From NCBI GenBank assembly GCA_934667105.1, contig CAKULG010000001.1:19224-83223 (forward strand): DNA of 64,000 bases, given 5' to 3'. Source of the stretch: an uncultured Clostridia bacterium. Lineage in GTDB: Bacteria; Bacillota; Clostridia; Christensenellales; Aristaeellaceae. This document shows positions 56,781-64,000 of the stretch, one piece after another (position 1 is the first letter of the stretch; every line of letters begins with the position of its first letter). The notes beneath the pieces were generated by a model. The model was given only the letters and a program-made list of their open reading frames with translations, had not been told where the DNA came from and ran no database searches. The position numbers and the translations under genes are program-made.

Positions 56781-56794
56781 CGAACAAATGTGCT
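56781..56794. promoter_or_regulatory. candidate LexA (Cheo/SOS) box overlapping the uvrA promoter
   Basis: CGAACAAATGTGCT versus the Firmicute consensus CGAACRNRYGTTYC (2 mismatches). It abuts a TATTAT -10 element at 56794-56799. Confidence 0.4.
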
Positions 56795-56884
56795 ATTATA
56801 GGGTTCCGGCCGGGGGGGGGCGACTGCATCCCGGCCTGGGGAAATATGCGTTTGTTTGCGCCAGAAAGCAAGGAGAAGCCAGGC

Positions 56885-59695
<2,811 letters not shown>

Positions 59696-59791
59696 GGAAT
59701 GGGGAGGAGCCGGCAGAGGGAAAGAAACCTTTTTGCGGCAATCCGCCCCGCGCTGTTCCGCCAAATAAATCGGAATTTGCAGGTGTGATTG

Positions 59792-60235
59792 ATGAGAATT
59801 GTAGAAGTTACAGAGAACAAAAAACAATATCTTGATTTGCTCCTGTTGGCGGATGAGCAGGAAGATATGGTTGACCGTTATCTCTATAATGGTAAAATGT
59901 ATGTTCTTGATGATGACGGAGTGAAATGCGAGTGTGTCGTAACGGACGAAGGGAATGGAATACTTGAAATTAAGAATATCGCTACAGTTCCCCCATTTCA
60001 GCGAAAAGGCTATGCCAAAGCACTGATTGAATTTCTTGTTGAAAAATACCGCAGACAATTTTCGATACTGCAAGTGGGAACCGGCGACAGCCCGTTGACG
60101 ATACCCTTTTATGAAAAATGTGGCTTTGTACGCTCGCATACCGTGCCAAATTTCTTTACGGATCATTATGATCACCCGATATATGAGTGTGGTGTACACC
60201 TTGTAGATATGGTGTATTTGCAAAGACCTCTATAA
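59792..60235 (+). CDS. GNAT family N-acetyltransferase
   Basis: About 147 aa with the acetyl-CoA motif region VPPFQRKGYAKALIEFLV and FYEKCGF. Visibly lower GC than the flanking genes. Confidence 0.75.
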   Translation: MRIVEVTENKKQYLDLLLLADEQEDMVDRYLYNGKMYVLDDDGVKCECVVTDEGNGILEIKNIATVPPFQRKGYAKALIEFLVEKYRRQFSILQVGTGDSPLTIPFYEKCGFVRSHTVPNFFTDHYDHPIYECGVHLVDMVYLQRPL

Positions 60236-60297
60236 AACAAATTCCAGTTTGTCAAGCGATCGCCAGACCGCAATTTACAGGGAGAGGAAACGCCGCG

Positions 60298-60489
60298 CTT
60301 ACGATAAAGAAATTCGAGAAAGAGGACATTGAAAAGGTTCTGGCGTTTGAACGGGCCTTAAGGGCGGAATGCAAGGCCCAGGGGGTATTGATCGCGCTGA
60401 CGGCCAATAACGATGGGGCGCAGCGCTTTTATATGAATGTAAAGGATGCGTCTATCCATGACGCCGGAATCTGGATGGATATTAAATAA
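60298..60489 (+). pseudogene. possible GNAT acetyltransferase remnant
   Basis: LTIKKFEKEDIEKVLAFERALRAE resembles a GNAT N-terminus and GAQRFYMNV resembles the C-terminal RFYxxxGF motif. The core is missing, and no start codon follows the GGGAGAGGAAA RBS-like site. Confidence 0.35.
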
Positions 60490-60708
60490 GCGAAGCGGAC
60501 GAATAATGCCTCGCGGCGAAAAGCATGGCGGCATGCAGAAAACAGCCCGGGCGCGCAAATGCCCGGGCTGCTTCAAGCCGCTCAACGCTTTTTTAGGATG
60601 CGCGAAGGAGCGGCGAAAAAAACAAAAATAAAGAAATTGCAGGGAAACCCTTCTTTCGTAGTTCAAAGAACGGCTCCCCTGCAATTCTTAAGGGCTCGTC
60701 ATGCTCGC

Positions 60709-61050
60709 TTAGTGAATCACGTTGATGACGTGCAGCGGATCCACATACACAATGCGACCGTCGATAAAATGCTCTTCATATACGCATTCCACCGTGGCGC
60801 CGATCTGGCGGGCGTAAATGAGCACGGGCTTATTCACCGCCCAGGCGGAGGCCAGCAACCAGGCGACGTCGTCGTAGGGCGTGGCCTTGGCCACACGAAT
60901 CATCCAGGCGACCTTGGCGTTGGCGGAATCTACCATTTTATAGAGAAGCCGGTTTTTCTGCTCCTGGGAAATTTCACAGGCGGAAACAGAGAAGCAGGTG
61001 AGCGCGAGGATGAGCAGCAGCGCGGCCAGGAAACGAAGCGTTTTTTTCAT
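60709..61050 (-). CDS. small putative lipoprotein, function unknown
   Basis: 113 aa. The signal peptide MKKTLRFLAALLLILALTCFSVSAC contains a VSAC lipobox. No recognisable domain. Confidence 0.55.
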   Translation of the reverse strand: MKKTLRFLAALLLILALTCFSVSACEISQEQKNRLLYKMVDSANAKVAWMIRVAKATPYDDVAWLLASAWAVNKPVLIYARQIGATVECVYEEHFIDGRIVYVDPLHVINVIH

Positions 61051-61264
61051 GATGTCCTCCCCTTTTGTGCGAACACGTTTCGTCGTTCAATTTTGCGGCA
61101 TCTATTTTTTAATTGGAAAAATTCCGCATTTTTTCCATCAGCATCATACACGTTTTTTTCCGGATTGTCAATGCTAATTTTAAAGAAAAATACATATTTA
61201 AAAATATTTTTTCTTACTTTTGTAACTGTAATATAACATTTTTGACGCCTCGTTTTTTCTCGCC

Positions 61265-61466
61265 AGCGGAGAAGCAAGCCGCATTTTTTGCCCGTCCCTT
61301 CCTAATCGATCTTCTTAGGCGGGCGGGAACCGCACTTTCCTTTTTTCTTTTTCGGCAGAGAAGGAGCCGGTTTTTTTAACCGTCCCTTCCCAATCGGCTT
61401 TCTTAGAGAGGGTGCGGGGGAGGTATTCTGTTGGGGCGAAATGCCCCACAGAATACCTCCCCCCGC
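61265..61466 (-). repeat. intergenic hairpin-plus-module repeat, copy 12 (two units)
   Basis: The hairpin at 61414-61466 (GCGGGGGGAGGTATTCTGTGGGGCATTTCGCCCCAACAGAATACCTCCCCCGC on the minus strand) lies 26 nt after the mrp stop. The modules CTAAGAAAGCCGATTGGGAAGGGACGG and CTAAGAAGATCGATTAGGAAGGGACGG ... GGCTTGCTTCTCCGC follow. Confidence 0.8.
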
Positions 61467-61491
61467 ATTGTTTTAATTTTATTCTCTTCGT

Positions 61492-62310
61492 TCAAGCCAG
61501 GATTTTGCGAATGGCATCCTCCAGCCAATCGCCTTCGAACAACTCGATAAGCCCCGCGTCGCAGGCGGCGGCCAGCTTCAGATTGATGGGCAGCCGGGCC
61601 AGCACCTGGGTATTAAACCGCTGGGCGGTTTCCTGGGCGTGGCTTTCGCCGAACACCTCCACATGCTTTCCGCAATCGGGACAGACGGCGTAGCTCATAT
61701 TTTCCACCAGCCCCAGCACAGGAATATGCATCATATCCGCCATGTTCAAGGCCTTTTCCACAATCATGCCCACCAGCGCCTGGGGAGTGGTTACCACAAC
61801 AGCCCCGTCCACGGGCACGCTCTGGAATACGGTGAGGGGCACGTCGCCCGTTCCCGGGGGCATGTCGATGAACATCACATCCAGATCGCCCCAGAGCACA
61901 TCCGTCCAGAATTGCTTCACCGTGCCCGCAATTACAGGCCCGCGCCAGACCACGGGGGTGTTTTCCGCATCCAGCAGCAGATTGACGGACATCATTTCAA
62001 TGCCCGTCCGGCTTTTCACCGGCAGGATGGCCTCGCCGTCGCCCATGGCCTTTTCCTTGACGCCAAAGGCCTTGGGGATGGAGGGGCCCGTCACGTCCGC
62101 ATCCAGAATGGCGGTTTTATAGCCCGCCCGCTGGGCCATCACGGCCAGCAGCGCCGTCACCATGGATTTGCCCACGCCGCCCTTGCCGCTCATGACCGCG
62201 ATCACTTTTTTTACGCTGGAGCCCTTGTGCAGGCTTTCCAGCATGCTCTGCTTCTCCCGGCTGGCGCAGCTGGCGCCGCAGGAGGAGCAATCGTGGGTAC
62301 ACTCGCTCAA
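61492..62310 (-). CDS. Mrp/NBP35 family ATP-binding protein (Fe-S cluster carrier type)
   Basis: Cys-rich N-terminus CTHDCSSCGASC, deviant Walker A motif SGKGGVGKS, and a CPDCG motif. Confidence 0.85.
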   Translation of the reverse strand: MSECTHDCSSCGASCASREKQSMLESLHKGSSVKKVIAVMSGKGGVGKSMVTALLAVMAQRAGYKTAILDADVTGPSIPKAFGVKEKAMGDGEAILPVKSRTGIEMMSVNLLLDAENTPVVWRGPVIAGTVKQFWTDVLWGDLDVMFIDMPPGTGDVPLTVFQSVPVDGAVVVTTPQALVGMIVEKALNMADMMHIPVLGLVENMSYAVCPDCGKHVEVFGESHAQETAQRFNTQVLARLPINLKLAAACDAGLIELFEGDWLEDAIRKILA

Positions 62311-62375
62311 ATCGTCCGCTTCCTTTCTTCCTTCCCTTGCTTTTCCAAATCCGGCCTGCGCCGGAAAAAGCCTAT

Positions 62376-62412
62376 GAAAAAGCCGCGGGGCCCGCAGGCC
62401 TTCCGCGGCTTT
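62376..62412 (-). terminator. intrinsic terminator after the FtsX-type permease gene
   Basis: Minus strand: AAAGCCGCGG-loop-CCGCGGCTTT followed by TTCAT. Confidence 0.6.
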
Positions 62413-62473
62413 AATGCATTCGCCGCCGGGACGGGAAAACCCTGCCCCGGCGCAAAATTTTCGCCGCCTTGGC

Positions 62474-64000
62474 TCATTCCGTGCGCAGGGCCTCCACGGG
62501 ATCCTTTTTCGCGGCCATGCGGGAGGGAATCAGCCCGGCGATAAAGGTGAGCGCCATGGAAATCGCCACCAGAATCAGCGCCCCCGCCGCAGGCAGAACG
62601 GCGGCGTTGTGGATGCCCGTCAGGCGGTGAATCACGATGTTGATTACGATGTTCAGCAGCAGCGTGGCCCCAATGCCGATGGCCCCCGCCCCAAAGCCGA
62701 TAATCAGCGTTTCGGCGTTGAACACCCGGGAAATATCCCGCTTGGATGCGCCGATGGCCCGCAGAATGCCGATTTCCTTGGTGCGTTCCAGCACGGAGAT
62801 ATAGGTGATAATCCCGATCATGATGGAGGACACCACCAAGGAAATGGCCACAAAGGCGATGAGCACATAGCTGATGGCGTTAATAATGGTGGTGACGGAG
62901 GACATCATCAGCCCCACATAATCGGTATAGCGAATCTGATCCTCCTCGGGGACGGAGGCGTTGTACGCCTCGATGATCTCCACCAGCTTTTCCTTGGCCT
63001 CAAAATCCTTGGGATACAGATAGATAGAGGCGGGATCCTCCGCGTCGCTCAGGCCCAGGCGGGTCAGGTTGTCCGCCAGGGTGGATTCCGATGCGGCGGG
63101 CTTGAAGCGTTCAATCAGGGCGTTCAATTGCTCCTGGCTCATTTTAGCGATCATTTTCTGCTGCGCTTCGGGCAGGGCGGCGATATACGCCTGAATTTCT
63201 TCCTGGGAATATTCCTGCTGGGCGGCAAAGGGCAAGCCGGTGAAAATATCTGTTTCCGGACTGGCAAGCTGGGCCTGCACGGGGGCGCTTTGCTTCACTT
63301 CCTCCAGCAGATGCTCCATCAGCGCGCTCAGATACCCCACCCCGCCGCTGACCGAGGCCGTCACTGTATCCTCCCCGGGGCGCAGAACGCCCACCACCTT
63401 GATTTCCGGGGCCTTTTCCAGCAGCGTTTGCAGATAGAGCGGGTCGCCGCTGCGATCCTGCCAGGTATCCCCCGTCTGCTCAAAGAAATCGCTGTTCACC
63501 AGCAGCTTAAAGCGCAGGGAAAGCAGCTCGTCATAGGTGAAGCTGATCTGTTGGCTGTCGATGGCCTGGCCCGCCATCAACTGCTCCATCATGCCCTTTA
63601 ATTCGCCCTGATCCTTCAGCCCCAGGGCGTAGAGCATAAAATCGCTGATTTCGTTGCGGCTGTTGGCGATGATGACCACCTCGTCCCAGGCCTGGGGCAT
63701 GCGCCCCGCCAGCACCTCATACTGGGCGGAGAGCAATTCCTCGTTATCCAGCAGCTGCTGAAAGGCGTTCATCCGCTTTTCGGAGGAATTCATTATTCCG
63801 GCGGAGAGCTGGCTGCTGGCGCTCATCATTTCGCCCAGCCCCGCCGCCTCCATCACGGTGGAGGGGTTCACCTGCAGGGCTGAGCCGTCCTCCAGCACGC
63901 GGTAAATGGTAAGGGGGGTGTCGTAATCGTATTGCACGCCGCTTACCAGCCCCTCCACGCCGGAGGCGGGATCCTCGATATAGGCCTTAAAGGCGGCCAG
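62474..64000 (-). CDS. ABC transporter permease, FtsX/MacB-like, N-terminus beyond window edge
   Basis: The C-terminal FtsX domain (four TM segments, ILRAIGASKRDISRVFNAETL) is preceded by a large extracytoplasmic domain. The frame stays open to position 64000, and the ORF-track M at 63958 is a GTG. Confidence 0.8.
   Translation of the reverse strand: MAAFKAYIEDPASGVEGLVSGVQYDYDTPLTIYRVLEDGSALQVNPSTVMEAAGLGEMMSASSQLSAGIMNSSEKRMNAFQQLLDNEELLSAQYEVLAGRMPQAWDEVVIIANSRNEISDFMLYALGLKDQGELKGMMEQLMAGQAIDSQQISFTYDELLSLRFKLLVNSDFFEQTGDTWQDRSGDPLYLQTLLEKAPEIKVVGVLRPGEDTVTASVSGGVGYLSALMEHLLEEVKQSAPVQAQLASPETDIFTGLPFAAQQEYSQEEIQAYIAALPEAQQKMIAKMSQEQLNALIERFKPAASESTLADNLTRLGLSDAEDPASIYLYPKDFEAKEKLVEIIEAYNASVPEEDQIRYTDYVGLMMSSVTTIINAISYVLIAFVAISLVVSSIMIGIITYISVLERTKEIGILRAIGASKRDISRVFNAETLIIGFGAGAIGIGATLLLNIVINIVIHRLTGIHNAAVLPAAGALILVAISMALTFIAGLIPSRMAAKKDPVEALRTE

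Overview
High-GC chromosomal segment from a spore-forming Firmicute. The Clostridia assignment is inferred from PolC, spoIIGA-sigE-sigG, CIRCE-groESL and gene order. I call about 55 protein-coding genes.

Gene content, left to right:
- uppS-cdsA-dxr-rseP-ispG-polC cluster and an orphan HMA metallochaperone.
- A sugar ABC uptake operon (2 permeases plus a solute-binding protein, SBP).
- mutY, translationally coupled to a LarA-like gene.
- groESL with a perfect CIRCE operator.
- A lower-GC alkylation-repair islet (alkA-like, ogt, HD protein, a frameshifted methyltransferase remnant) followed by a MATE exporter.
- SDR plus AroD-like pair; nitroreductase plus rarA; an FAD oxidoreductase.
- A GGGtGRT-family plus IscU-like pair of unknown function.
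- spoIIGA-sigE-sigG and a GH78 rhamnosidase.
- parB-parA plus an orphan gene, diverging from a DnaA-box/AT-rich oriC-like region and dnaA.
- A second sugar ABC cluster, sitting where dnaN is normally found. It has two near-identical 519-aa SBPs flanking two permeases, plus a membrane-anchored AraC regulator.
- Secreted C69 dipeptidase; ECF sigma/anti-sigma pair; rimO; a TtcA-like PP-loop ATPase; recD2; uvrA.
- A low-GC GNAT islet, an Mrp/NBP35 ATPase and a truncated FtsX-type permease.

I found no rRNA, tRNA, CRISPR array, transposase, integrase or recognisable defence system.

The most striking non-genic signal is a highly repeated intergenic element, with at least 12 copies. It consists of a GCGGG...CTTTGG-loop-CCAAAG...CCCGC hairpin, usually placed directly after a stop codon. 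This is often followed by a second conserved module (AGAAAGCCGATTGGG ... GCTTGCTTCTCCGC), and is sometimes tandemly duplicated or paired in inverted orientation.

Other unexplained structures:
- An array of TTGTCCCC motifs at about 27.9 kb.
- Long G homopolymers (G12, G9).
- Several short direct repeats in promoter regions.

The very long antisense ORFs in the ORF track are GC-driven shadow frames and are rejected.
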